A DNA stretch of 64,000 nt from Candidatus Eiseniibacteriota bacterium (GCA_963762255.1 CAVXKA010000002.1:224001-288000); one strand, 5' to 3'. Counted from the stretch's first letter, positions 1-10,541 are shown. Translations and numbers: made by a program. Notes: a model not told the origin generated them from the sequence alone.

Positions 1-233
1 ATCGAGGTCTCGATCACGCGCCGCTGCGTCGATTCAAGAATGTCGGTGAGCGCTCGCGACAGGGCGAGCAGCGCCTCTTCGCTGTCGAGAGGCGGTGACT
101 CCACGGTCGCGGGGAGTATGCCGAGACCCCTCAAATCGTCGAGGCGCTCGGCGAGCGTGCGCCGGACGTCATCGAGATCGAGGCCGGTCTCCGGCATGCG
201 GAAAAGCGGGTTCTCCAAGGGAATCCTCCTCAT
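1..233 (-). CDS. Hypothetical protein, 5' part only (runs off the window)
   Basis: Hand translation from ATG at 233 (or TTG after AGGAGG): MRRIPLENPLFRMPETGLDLDDVRRTLAERLDDLRGLGILPATVESPPLDSEEALLALSRALTDILESTQRRVIETS, open to the window edge; absent from the ORF track. Confidence 0.55.
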   Translation of the reverse strand, partial: MRRIPLENPLFRMPETGLDLDDVRRTLAERLDDLRGLGILPATVESPPLDSEEALLALSRALTDILESTQRRVIETS

Positions 234-335
234 GACTGTTTTCGTCCGGGAGGGGCCTGGAATTGAGGGAAAAGCGCCCGGGAGGGCGAATAAACCCAAC
301 GTGGCGCGCAGGCTGCGCCACGACCGCAGGAGGGG

Positions 336-1388
336 TCAGACGAAGAGTTTCCGGTTTTCCTCAACCCAGGCGATGAGCCGGTCCACCCCGCTCCTCGGGG
401 TCACCTCGGGGGCCCAGCGCAGGTCGCGGCAGGCCTTGGAGATGTCCGAGATGTACACCTTCTGGTCGCTCGGGCGCCAGTCGGCGAAGGACACCGGGAC
501 CTTCCTGCCGAGGTGCCCGCCCAACTGCTCCAGGAGTTCGAGCAGCGACAGGGTGTTCTCGGGGCCGCCCCCCATGTTGTAGACCCCGTAGGGATGGTCC
601 GACCCCAGGAAGGCGCGGTAGGCGGCCACGAGATCGTCCACCCAGAGGAGATCGCGCACCTGCTTGCCGTCGCCGTAGATGGTGAGGGGCTTCCCGGTGA
701 GCGCGGCGATGGTGAACCAGGCCACCCACCCCTGGTCTTCCATGCCGAACTGGCGGGTGCCGTAGATGCAGGACATGCGGAACACCCCCGTCTTGATCCC
801 GTAGAGTCGGGCGTAGTCCTGCATGTAGAGATCCCCGGTCAGCTTGGAGCAGCCGTACGGCGTATGCTCGCAGAGATCCACGGAGAACGTCTCGCCGATC
901 CCGCGTGCGTGCTCCCCCGCGAACGCCCAGCGCGTCGCCTCTTCCGAGAGCGGCACCGCGTTGACGTTCTCGCCGTAGACCTTGTTCGTGGAACAGAAGA
1001 CGACCGCCGGCTTCCGCGTTTGCGCGCGCGCAGCCTCCAGCACGTTGAACGCGCCGATCACGTTGTTCTCGAAGTCCGCGCGCGGATCGGTCACGGAGGT
1101 CGTGACCGCCGTCTGCGCGGCGGCATGGAGGATGACCGAGGCTCCCTCGGCGGCGTGGCGGGCGGTGTCCGCATCGCGCACGTCTCCCTCGATCAGCGTG
1201 ATGTTGGGGAGCGCGCCGAGGTGGTTCCAGTTGAAACGGGCGTTGCGGTCGTCCTTCTTCAGGAGCTTCGCCCGACTGAGGTTGTCGAGGACGGTGACCG
1301 GATGGCCGTCACGGGCGAAGATCTCCGCCGCGTGCGACCCGATGAACCCCGCTCCTCCCGTGACCAGCACCTTGCCGCGATCCGCCAT
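336..1388 (-). CDS. NAD-dependent epimerase, CDP-paratose 2-epimerase (RfbE)-like extended SDR
   Basis: VTGGAGFIG Rossmann motif, STNKVYG, YGCSK catalytic YxxxK, FRMSCIYGxRQFGxEDQGWVAWF. Confidence 0.85.
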   Translation of the reverse strand: MADRGKVLVTGGAGFIGSHAAEIFARDGHPVTVLDNLSRAKLLKKDDRNARFNWNHLGALPNITLIEGDVRDADTARHAAEGASVILHAAAQTAVTTSVTDPRADFENNVIGAFNVLEAARAQTRKPAVVFCSTNKVYGENVNAVPLSEEATRWAFAGEHARGIGETFSVDLCEHTPYGCSKLTGDLYMQDYARLYGIKTGVFRMSCIYGTRQFGMEDQGWVAWFTIAALTGKPLTIYGDGKQVRDLLWVDDLVAAYRAFLGSDHPYGVYNMGGGPENTLSLLELLEQLGGHLGRKVPVSFADWRPSDQKVYISDISKACRDLRWAPEVTPRSGVDRLIAWVEENRKLFV

Positions 1389-1454
1389 CGTCGTCTCCTC
1401 CGCCGGAAAAAGTCCGCACAGCGGTCCGCCCTGCCTCGCGCGGCGGGACCTCCC

Positions 1455-2417
<963 letters not shown>

Positions 2418-2420
2418 CGA

Positions 2421-3713
2421 CTAGAGCCTCCGGATGTTGGCTGACTTCCGTCCCTTGAGCGCATTGCGGCTGTCGAAGATGAGCGGCGCCAGCTCGACGA
2501 TGCGATCGTACGGGAAGATCTTGTGCGGGGTGATGATCACCACGCAGTCGCAGTTGCGCAACCGCTCGTCGGTGAGTTCCACCGACTTGAGCGGGATCCC
2601 CTCATGGGTCAGATCGGGGATGAAGGGGTCGTGATACTCCACCGTCCCCTGCAGCACCCGCAGCCCCTTGATCACATCCAGCGCGGGCGATTCCCGCACG
2701 TCGTCGATGTCCGCCTTGTAGGCCGCGCCGAGAACGAGGATCTTCGAACCCTTTACCGGCTTGGCGTGCTCGTTCAGGGCCTCCCCCACCTTCGCTACCA
2801 CGTGCTCGGGCATGAGCAGGTTGACCTGGCCGGCCAGCTCGATGAACCGCGCCTCGAAGTTGGCCTCCTTCGCCTTCCACGAGAGGTAGAAGGGGTCGAT
2901 CGGGATGCAGTGGCCGCCGAGTCCGGGGCCAGGATAGAAGGGCATGAAGCCGAAGGGCTTGGTGGCGGCGGCGTCGATCACCTCCCACACGTCGATCTTC
3001 ATGCGATCGCACATGAGGGCCAGCTCGTTGACGAGCCCGATGTTCACGCTGCGGAAGGTGTTCTCCAGAAGCTTCACCATCTCGGCCACGCGCGTCGAGG
3101 ACACCGGAATCACCGTCTCCAGCGTCTTCGAGTAGAGCGCCATCGCCACGTCGGTGCAGGCCGGCGTCACGCCGCCCACGACCTTGGGGATGTTCTTGGT
3201 CTGAAAGTTCGGGTTGCCGGGATCGACCCGCTCCGGGGAGAAGCCGAGATAGAAGTCCTTCCCCACCTTGAGCCCGCCCGCCTCCAACATGGGCAGGATG
3301 AGTTCCTCGGTCGTGCCGGGGTAGGTCGTGCTCTCCAGCACGATCAGCATGTCCTTGTGGAGGTACTTCACGATCTGCTCGACCGCGGAGATGATGTAGG
3401 AGACATCGGGGTCGCGCGTCTTGCGCAGCGGGGTGGGCACGCAGATGTCCACGGTGTCCACGTCCTTGAGCCGAGCAAAATCGGTGGTGGCCGTGAGGAG
3501 CCCCGCGGAGACCACCTTGCTCAGCGCCTCCGAGGAGACGTCCTTTACGTGGGAGCGTCCCGCGTTCACCCCGTCAACCTTCTCCCGCACAAGATCGAAT
3601 CCGGTGACCCGGAACCCGGCCTCGGCGAACTCCACTGCCAGCGGGAGCCCCACATACCCGAGGCCGATGACCCCGAGGTGAGCGCTCTTATCGTTCAGCT
3701 TCTGCTTCAACAA
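2421..3713 (-). CDS. Nucleotide sugar dehydrogenase (UDP-GlcNAc 6-dehydrogenase, WbpA/WecC family)
   Basis: GLGYVGLPLA, CVPTP, ESTTYPGTT, FSPERVDPG, GGHCIPIDP; TTG start at 3713 behind AGGAG. Confidence 0.9.
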   Translation of the reverse strand: MLKQKLNDKSAHLGVIGLGYVGLPLAVEFAEAGFRVTGFDLVREKVDGVNAGRSHVKDVSSEALSKVVSAGLLTATTDFARLKDVDTVDICVPTPLRKTRDPDVSYIISAVEQIVKYLHKDMLIVLESTTYPGTTEELILPMLEAGGLKVGKDFYLGFSPERVDPGNPNFQTKNIPKVVGGVTPACTDVAMALYSKTLETVIPVSSTRVAEMVKLLENTFRSVNIGLVNELALMCDRMKIDVWEVIDAAATKPFGFMPFYPGPGLGGHCIPIDPFYLSWKAKEANFEARFIELAGQVNLLMPEHVVAKVGEALNEHAKPVKGSKILVLGAAYKADIDDVRESPALDVIKGLRVLQGTVEYHDPFIPDLTHEGIPLKSVELTDERLRNCDCVVIITPHKIFPYDRIVELAPLIFDSRNALKGRKSANIRRL

Positions 3714-3755
3714 GGTGTTTCTCCTTGAATGCGGACATGGGAAAACCGGCGCCAA

Positions 3756-3784
3756 AGTCTACTCTGACCGTCAGTCACGGTCAA
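3756..3784 (-). promoter_or_regulatory. Sigma70-type promoter with overlapping 7-5-7 palindrome (putative operator)
   Basis: Minus strand TTGACC-17 nt-TAGACT upstream of the nucleotide-sugar operon; perfect inverted repeat TGACCGT-N5-ACGGTCA at 3765-3783. Confidence 0.6.
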
Positions 3785-3878
3785 AGCATGCACGCTCTGG
3801 TTTCGGCAGGCCGGGGAAAGCCGCTTAGCGCGAAACGCCCCCCGGAGCGTGGAGCGGCGATGGCCGGCCTTGGGAGCC

Positions 3879-4598
3879 TCACCCGAGGCGGCTCAAGAGG
3901 GCGGCGGCAAGCCCCCCCACCAATGTGTTCGTGGCGTTGAGCCACGTGTGCGGGAGAAGCCTGCGCGAACCGAGGACTCCTTCGTAGAGGTTCCCTACCC
4001 AGGCGGCTAGCGCAACGGCGAGGACCTGCCCCGCGGAGGAAAGTAGACCGACCCACCAACCCAGCCCCCCCAGAAGGAGCGCGACCAGGAGACCGGCCAA
4101 GGTTCCTTCCGCGGAGACGGCGCCCTCGGTGCCGGGGGGCACACTGCGCAACGTCTTGAGCGAAATCGTGCGCTTTCCCCACAGGGGCCCGACTTCCGAA
4201 CCCGCGGTGTCCATCGACGCGGTGGCGAGCGCGCCGACGAAACACGCGTTCCAGAGCGGGGCGCCCGTCGCCCACGCGGCAACAGCGGCCAGCGCGGCCA
4301 CCCCGGAGTTCGCGAACGCGTGGCTCGCACCGCGCGCGCCCTTCTTCGCCTCCGCGACCCCCATCGCTTCCTTGCGCGCGTAGCCGAGGCGGGTCAAGGC
4401 GGTCCCGATCCCGAACATGCCGGCGAGCACGAGGAAACCGCGCCATCCCAGACAGAGATAGATGGGGATCCCGACCACGAGCCCGCCTATGAATCCCGAC
4501 GCGCTCACGGCCCGCGCCGCGAGAGCGGCCACCGCGAGGACGATGTTGATCGCGAGTCCCGGCACGAGGTTCCCGCGCAGCGCGCTCCAGTCCATCAT
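3879..4598 (-). CDS. DUF92/TMEM19 membrane protein (VTE6-like prenyl-phosphate kinase)
   Basis: TRLGYARKE, GARGxxHAFAN, DTAGSEVG, VPPGTEGAVSAEGTLAG signatures; ATGA overlap with the upstream gene. Confidence 0.85.
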   Translation of the reverse strand: MMDWSALRGNLVPGLAINIVLAVAALAARAVSASGFIGGLVVGIPIYLCLGWRGFLVLAGMFGIGTALTRLGYARKEAMGVAEAKKGARGASHAFANSGVAALAAVAAWATGAPLWNACFVGALATASMDTAGSEVGPLWGKRTISLKTLRSVPPGTEGAVSAEGTLAGLLVALLLGGLGWWVGLLSSAGQVLAVALAAWVGNLYEGVLGSRRLLPHTWLNATNTLVGGLAAALLSRLG

Positions 4599-5614
4599 TG
4601 CTGCTCCTCCCGTGCCCATACCTCGTCACGCAGCCATGCCACGGTGGACTCGAGCGCCTCCTGCACGCTCCCCGGCTCGTAACCCAGCTCACGCCGCGCG
4701 CGCTCGCAGGAGAAGGCCCAATTGCAGTCGTAGAGCAGCACCTCGCCCCGGGTGAGGAACGGAGGCGTGCCGCGCAGCGCCGACCACCACTCGCTGACTT
4801 GCGCGACCGTCAAGGGGAGGACGCGCCCCAGGCGCCGGGTCGGCGCTTTGACCCCGAAGGCGCGCGCAGCGCGCTCGACCAGCTCGCGCTGACTCCAGTT
4901 CTCGCCTGCCAGAATGTAGTTCGTCCCCGGCGTGCCCCGCTCCAGCGCCTGCACGAAACCGCGCGCGACGGCGTCCACGCGGGCGAGGTTCCAGACCTGA
5001 CGGCCGTTGCCGACGAGTCCTGCGAAGCGCTTGCGTCCCACATCGGCGAGCACCCGCGCGGTGTGGTTTCCCTGCGTCATCGCGCCCGGGCCGATGAGCA
5101 CGGTGGGAAAGAGAAGGATTGCGGGAGACCCGCGCCGCTGCCGGTCGCGCACCTTGCGGGCCACGATCGCCTTCGTACGAATGTAGTCGTTGGCGCGACT
5201 CCACGGGCCCGGCTCCTCTTCGAGCGCGCTCTCGTCTTTCTGCGTGCCGGGCGCCGAGGGCCCCAGCGCGAAGAGCGAGCTGGTCACGATCCGCCGCTCC
5301 ACCCCGGCCAGCTTTGTGCGATCGAGAAGATCGAGGGTGGCGGTGATGTTGGCGCGTTCGAACTCCTCCGGAGCGGGCCCCCACGATTCCACCATCGCCG
5401 CCGTGTGCACCAGCGCGTCGGCCTCGGCGAGTCGGTCGCCCCACGTCGCTGGATCCAGAAGATCTCCGACCACCGGCGTAGCTCCGCATCCCACCAGCGA
5501 TGCGCACCGCTCCAGGGATCGGGTCAAGGCGAGCACTTCGTGGCCCGCGCCGAGGAGCGCGCGCGCGACATGGCCGCCCAGATAACCGGTGCCGCCGGTG
5601 AGAAAGACCTTCAC
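4595..5614 (-). CDS. Extended SDR (DFR/HpnA clade), farnesol dehydrogenase FLDH-like
   Basis: GTG start at 5614, VFLTGGTGYLG, HTAAMVESW, TSSLFALG, YIRTK, WAFSCERARRELGY; the 514-aa track ORF is over-extended at its 5' end. Confidence 0.8.
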   Translation of the reverse strand: MKVFLTGGTGYLGGHVARALLGAGHEVLALTRSLERCASLVGCGATPVVGDLLDPATWGDRLAEADALVHTAAMVESWGPAPEEFERANITATLDLLDRTKLAGVERRIVTSSLFALGPSAPGTQKDESALEEEPGPWSRANDYIRTKAIVARKVRDRQRRGSPAILLFPTVLIGPGAMTQGNHTARVLADVGRKRFAGLVGNGRQVWNLARVDAVARGFVQALERGTPGTNYILAGENWSQRELVERAARAFGVKAPTRRLGRVLPLTVAQVSEWWSALRGTPPFLTRGEVLLYDCNWAFSCERARRELGYEPGSVQEALESTVAWLRDEVWAREEQQ

Positions 5615-6290
5615 CGCACGAGGCCCTGCAGAGCCCAGAAGGCCAGCGCCCCCGCTGCGGGGACGGTGAGGTTGTCCTTGCCCCGGCCCGCAGGGGCCTC
5701 GGCGAGGGTCGCCGCGACCGCCGCTCCCAGCGCGGGAACGAACGCGGGCCGGTCCACGAGCGGAAGCGTTCCGATCAGGATCCCCGCGAACGAGAACGCG
5801 AACATGGCCGCCGTCCCCTCCCACGACTTCTTCCCGCCGCCGATCGAGTAGGTGTGCCGCCCGTAACGCCGGCCAAGCACCGACGCCGCGGCGTCGCCCA
5901 GTCCCATCGCATAGAGTCCCGCCACGCTGGCCGCGCGCGCGCCGAACGGCCAGAGGATGAGGATCAGCGCGGCAAAGGAGAGGGGGAAGTAAATCGTGCC
6001 GGGCGTCCCCTCCCCATCCTCCTCGATCACCTTCATCAGGCGGAAGCGGTAGGAGATCGCGTTCAGCACGACGAAGACAAGAGGGGCGAGCGCCGCCCAC
6101 CAGGGCGAACGGAAATAGAGCGCGGTGGGAAGGGCCCAAAGGGCCACGCCGACGTGGATCACCTTGCGGGTCACGTTGGGGGAAGCTTGGCGACTCGGCG
6201 CGTCCCCTCCCCCACCACGATGACGGCGAAGATCCACAGGAACGAAAGCGCCACCAGGCCGGGGTCGCTGCTTACAAACCACGAAATCAT
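5611..6290 (-). CDS. Phytol/farnesol/dolichol kinase (CTP_transf_1, VTE5/FOLK-like), with a 1-bp frameshift near 6178-6182
   Basis: RKVIH, GTIYF, GLGDAAASVLG, KKSWEG, DNLTVP motifs; N-terminal TM segment MISWFVSSDPGLVALSFLWIFAVIVVGE from ATG 6290 joins if one base is added to the 5-nt run at 6178-6182. Confidence 0.8.
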
Positions 6291-6338
6291 GACGGGGGAT
6301 TAGAACACAGCGGGCCTGCGGCGGCCAGTGGCGCCGAG

Positions 6339-7376
6339 CTAGGCGGCTTCGCTGAGACGGTTGGGAAGCGCCGGGAGTTCGGCGGTGACCACGCAGTTGC
6401 GGCCCTGCCGCTTGGCCCGGAAGAGCGCTTCATCCGCCGCGGCCAACAGCGACTCCATCGTCGCGCCGTTCTGCGGGAAGCTCGCCACCCCCATGCTCAC
6501 CGTGATCACGCCCGGCTCGCAATGCGGGAAGTTGGCGCTCGCCACCGAGGCGCAGGTGCGTTGCCCCATGCTCACCGCGCCGTCCATCCGGGTCTGCGGC
6601 AGGATGACCAGGAACTCGTCCCCACCGTACTTGGCCACCAGATCGATGGCGCGCGAGTTGCGCGCGAGAATCCCCGCGAGCTGGCGGAGAAGCTCGCTCC
6701 CTCCCAGGTGGCCGTGCTGCTCGTTGTACTTCTTGAGATGATCGACGTCGATCATGATGATCGAGAACGTCTGGCCGTAGCGAGACGCGCGCGCCACTTC
6801 GCGGCGCAACGCCGTCTTGAGGAACCGATAGTTGTAGAGGCGGGTCAACTCGTCGGTGATCGCGAGCGACTCCACTTCCTGGAACGCACGGAGGTTCCCG
6901 ATCGCGCCCGCGCAGTGCTTGGCGACGAAATGCAGGATCTCCTTCTCTTCGTCGGTGAACTGCCGATCGCCGGTGTCCACCACCACGAGGATCCCGGCGG
7001 GTCGATCGGGGAGTGGAATCGGCGTGCCCAACCATGACTTCGCGCCCACCACGCCCATGAAGTCCTGGATCGACGGGGCATCCCCGTCGCCCGGACGCCA
7101 GACATGCGCGGACTCGTCCTGTAGCACGGCGCGACCGAGACGGCCCGGACCTTCCCACGGCTCCGTGCGCACGAGCAGCGCACCTTCCTCGGCGAACGAC
7201 ACCAGGCTCGATCCGTCCACGGCCGCGGCGGCGTAGCCCAACGGAGTCCCGAGCGCTTCACGGGCAAGCGCCGCCGAGCGCGCCAGAATGCCCGCGAGGT
7301 CGCGCCGACCCTCATCGAGGTCGGAGACTTCTCGAAGCTTCTGGCAGAGGAGGCGATAGCCGTTGTTGTGTGTCAT
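6339..7376 (-). CDS. GAF-GGDEF diguanylate cyclase
   Basis: TDELTRLYN, DVDHLKKYNEQHGHLGG, intact GGDEF, RxxD I-site (RAID); N-terminal GAF-like region. Confidence 0.9.
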   Translation of the reverse strand: MTHNNGYRLLCQKLREVSDLDEGRRDLAGILARSAALAREALGTPLGYAAAAVDGSSLVSFAEEGALLVRTEPWEGPGRLGRAVLQDESAHVWRPGDGDAPSIQDFMGVVGAKSWLGTPIPLPDRPAGILVVVDTGDRQFTDEEKEILHFVAKHCAGAIGNLRAFQEVESLAITDELTRLYNYRFLKTALRREVARASRYGQTFSIIMIDVDHLKKYNEQHGHLGGSELLRQLAGILARNSRAIDLVAKYGGDEFLVILPQTRMDGAVSMGQRTCASVASANFPHCEPGVITVSMGVASFPQNGATMESLLAAADEALFRAKRQGRNCVVTAELPALPNRLSEAA

Positions 7377-7477
7377 GGATGGTCCTCAACCGGGGCGCCC
7401 CTTTGGCCCGTCCAGGGATGTATCGGCAGGGAGGGTGGAAGAGCCCAGATAAAAACGATTCGCCCCCGAAGGTGGGG

Positions 7478-7768
7478 CTAATCCCCGCGAGGACCGGGGG
7501 ATGGCACGACGAGGGACCTGCGGAGGTAGCGTCCCCCCTGGAAGAGGAGGAAGGCCCCGATGATGAGGGGCCCGGCCGTGAAGACCACGGGGAACCAGGC
7601 CGGGACGGCGGCGCCGTCGCGCTCCAGGCGCTCCATCACCCGCTGGACCGGGCCCAGCCGGAAGTATGCGATGAGCCCCGCGGTGGCCAGGTAGAGCAGG
7701 GCTAGGACCGCGTTCAGCCCCCTGACAAATCGGACCCCGGCGGGGACGGTTCGGCCGCGGCCGATCAT
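7478..7768 (-). CDS. Small two-TM hypothetical membrane protein
   Basis: Two hydrophobic segments; ATGA overlap with the peptidase stop. Confidence 0.6.
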   Translation of the reverse strand: MIGRGRTVPAGVRFVRGLNAVLALLYLATAGLIAYFRLGPVQRVMERLERDGAAVPAWFPVVFTAGPLIIGAFLLFQGGRYLRRSLVVPSPGPRGD

Positions 7769-9513
7769 CGCAGGACCACGAACTTGGCCACGGACACGTC
7801 GGCGCTTCCCCCCTCAGGGTCGAACGCTTCGACGCGCAGAAGATAGAGACCGGGGGCCAGCTTCGTCCCCTGAAGCACGTCTCGGAGCGGCACGCGTGAG
7901 AGCCCGGCCACCGTGCCCGGCGCTCTCACCGCCTTGTCGTAGGGAAGGTCGAGCTCGGCCAGCGGCACCGCGTCCAGACCGATTACGGTGATCCGGATGG
8001 AGCCGTCCTGGCTCATCTCGTAGGCCAGCATCGCCGACTCCGGGTCACGGGTAGGGTTCGGGTAGACGAACGCCGCCTGCACCTCGCGCGCGCCTCCGCG
8101 CACCGCTTCCAGGCGCGAGCCGCCGGAACCCTCCGAGGGGGAGATGGTCGCCACCAACCGCACGACACCCTGCTCACCCGCCTCCGGAATCCAGGGGAAG
8201 CGGGCCTTCACGCGGCCGCCGGCCGGGATGACTTCCGTGATCTGCTGCGTGCCGAGGGTCCGCACGAACTCGCGATCGAGGGTCTGGATGTCGAGGGTCA
8301 CACTCATCGGCGCGGTGCGGGTGCCGCCGCGATTGGTCACCCCGACCGCAACCGTGACCTCGTCGTCCAGGTCCACCGAGGCCAGGTCCACCGCACGCCC
8401 CGCCTGGACGAGGATGTCCTCGTCGGTCACCACCATGCTATCCGCTCCCGTGCGCGACCACTCGTTGAGCATGCCGAGGAACAGGTCCGCGGTGAGCGCG
8501 GCCTGACTGCCGTTGCGCGAATAGGTGCCGTCCACGGTGTCGGTGGCGTGGTGGTAGTGCGGCGCATGCGGCTCGACGTCGGTGGTCTCGATGAGCATCA
8601 CCGCGTCGAATCCCCTCTCCCAGAACGGACCGTGGTCGCTGTTGCCGAGCCCGCGCACCACGCGCTCCACCTGCATTCCGGCCGCGTAGCCGCCGGTCTC
8701 GTGCACGGCCAGGATCTGCGTACCCAACCAGCGGGAAGGTATATTCGTCAACACCACCAGCGAATCCTGCCGCGGGTTGTACGCGACCATGTCGGCGTTC
8801 AGGAGAGCGTAGAGCTTGTCTCCCCCGGCATCCTCGATGGCGCGCGTCGTGTCGGCGAGAACCTTGCTGCCGAGCAGGAAGCGCGCCGGCTCGACGACCT
8901 GCACCTCTTCGCCGTCGAAGAAGGCGATGCGCACGTCGGCCTCGGGGCGTATCCCGCGCGCGGCGGCGACGCGCAGCGCTTCGAGGATGGTGGCGACACC
9001 GCTCGCGTTGTCGTCCGCTCCCGGCGCGTCGTAGGTAAACGGATCCCATAGCGTGTCGCCGGCGGCGTCCCGCATCGAGGTGGCGTCGAAATGCGCGCCC
9101 ATCATGAAGAAGCCGGGGGCGGCGCCGCCGAGGCGTCCCGGCAGGATCCCTACCACGTTCGTGTAGGGGTTGCGCAGCGTGTGCGGCCCGTCGTAATCAA
9201 ACGCGGGGTCGAAGGGCTCGAGAACGGCATAGCCCCCCATGGGCCGCAGCACAGCATCCAGCCGGTCGCGAAGGTACTGCGCGTAGATCGCCGTGCTTGG
9301 CAGCGGCGCGAACCGCGAGCGGGGGCCGATGCCGGTTTCGCCCGTCAGAGCGCGGGCGGTGGCCAGGATCGAGTCCGCGGAGACGTTGGCGGAAGGGGCC
9401 AGGGCGCCCCCCGGCGCGGCAAGTGGTTCCCGCGCCCCGGGCCGCGGGGTGACCGCGAACGCGAAAGTCAGCACGACGATGGCGGCCACGACCGGACGGA
9501 GAGGTTGGCTCAT
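7765..9513 (-). CDS. Secreted M28 metallopeptidase with CARDB-like domain and T9SS-like C-terminal domain
   Basis: Signal peptide; GAHFD, GADDNASG, FDGEE, NADMV, SDHGPF, YHxxxD; C-terminal VYPNP...LAPGLYLLRV...KFVVLR. Confidence 0.85.
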   Translation of the reverse strand: MSQPLRPVVAAIVVLTFAFAVTPRPGAREPLAAPGGALAPSANVSADSILATARALTGETGIGPRSRFAPLPSTAIYAQYLRDRLDAVLRPMGGYAVLEPFDPAFDYDGPHTLRNPYTNVVGILPGRLGGAAPGFFMMGAHFDATSMRDAAGDTLWDPFTYDAPGADDNASGVATILEALRVAAARGIRPEADVRIAFFDGEEVQVVEPARFLLGSKVLADTTRAIEDAGGDKLYALLNADMVAYNPRQDSLVVLTNIPSRWLGTQILAVHETGGYAAGMQVERVVRGLGNSDHGPFWERGFDAVMLIETTDVEPHAPHYHHATDTVDGTYSRNGSQAALTADLFLGMLNEWSRTGADSMVVTDEDILVQAGRAVDLASVDLDDEVTVAVGVTNRGGTRTAPMSVTLDIQTLDREFVRTLGTQQITEVIPAGGRVKARFPWIPEAGEQGVVRLVATISPSEGSGGSRLEAVRGGAREVQAAFVYPNPTRDPESAMLAYEMSQDGSIRITVIGLDAVPLAELDLPYDKAVRAPGTVAGLSRVPLRDVLQGTKLAPGLYLLRVEAFDPEGGSADVSVAKFVVLR

Positions 9514-9588
9514 AGGGGGAGAGTCTACCCGAGGGGCAGGGACGGTGGGAACCCGCCTCGGCGGGGGTCCGGCGGTCCGGGAAGAAAC

Positions 9589-9665
9589 TGGTACGCCCGA
9601 CAGGATTCGAACCTGTGACCTCTTGCTCCGGAGGCAAGCGCTCTATCCATCTGAGCTACGGGCGC
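9589..9665 (-). tRNA. tRNA-Arg(CCG)
   Basis: GCGCCCGTAGCTCAGATGGATAGAGC...CTTGC-CT-CCG-GA-GCAAG...GGTTCGAATCC...CCA. Confidence 0.95.
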
Positions 9666-9694
9666 ACGCAAGACCTTCTACAAAAGGGCGTTGA

Positions 9695-9723
9695 AGTCTG
9701 TCACGCGTCGAGGGGAGTGTCAA
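9695..9723 (-). promoter_or_regulatory. Putative sigma70 promoter of tRNA-Arg(CCG)
   Basis: TTGACA-17 nt-CAGACT, with the -35 overlapping the trpC stop. Confidence 0.45.
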
Positions 9724-10541
9724 GGCGAGTCGAGCCCCCGCAGCGCGCGCAGAAGAGCGCCGGGATCGGCCGCGGTGACCAGCGCCTCCCCCACCAGGAG
9801 CGCATCCACTCCCGCTCGCTCGAGCCGCACGACGGTATCGCGATCGGCGATGCCGCTCTCCGAGACGATGACGGCCCCGCAGCCGGCGAGCACGGGCAAG
9901 ACGATCTCCGTACGCGCAACGTCCACATCGAAGGTGGAGAGATCGCGGTTGTTCACACCGATCACTTTCGCGCCTGCCTTGAGCGCCGCCTCCGCTTCGC
10001 GGGGGTCGCTCGCCTCCACCAGGTGCTCGATCCCAAGCTCGCGCGCGAGGTCGAGATAGTCCTTGAGTTGATCCGCGGAGAGCGCCGCCACGATGAGGAG
10101 CAGCGCGTCCGCCGCCCCCGCCGCGGCCTCCAGGATCTGGAGCTCGTGCACGTGGAAGTCCTTGCGCAAAACGGGGAGAGCAGGCGCGCCATCGCGCACT
10201 TGCGCGAGAAAATCCTCTTCGCCAAGAAAGAAGTGCGGCTCGGTCACCACCGACACCGCGGCCGCGCCGTGCTCGGCGTAGATCCTTGCCTGTGCTCGCG
10301 GGTCGAGGTCCGCATCGAGGAGGCCCTTTGAGGGCGACGCTTTCTTCACCTCCGCGATGAAGCGCACAGGGTCATTCGCTGCGCCGCGTTTCAGGACCGC
10401 CGCGAAGGGTCTTCGCGAGGCGATGCGCGCACGGGCTCGCGCTTCGAGTTCGCCCCGCGGGATCTTGCCGTGCCGGGCATGCACGTCTTCGAGCGTGCGC
10501 TCCACGATCCGCGCGAGGAGTCCTTCCATACGCGCGCTCAC
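9720..10541 (-). CDS. trpC: Indole-3-glycerol phosphate synthase
   Basis: IAEVKKASPSKG, SVVTEPHFF, LRKDF, GVNNRDL, SESGI; start may be ATG 10529. Confidence 0.95.
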   Translation of the reverse strand: MSARMEGLLARIVERTLEDVHARHGKIPRGELEARARARIASRRPFAAVLKRGAANDPVRFIAEVKKASPSKGLLDADLDPRAQARIYAEHGAAAVSVVTEPHFFLGEEDFLAQVRDGAPALPVLRKDFHVHELQILEAAAGAADALLLIVAALSADQLKDYLDLARELGIEHLVEASDPREAEAALKAGAKVIGVNNRDLSTFDVDVARTEIVLPVLAGCGAVIVSESGIADRDTVVRLERAGVDALLVGEALVTAADPGALLRALRGLDSP

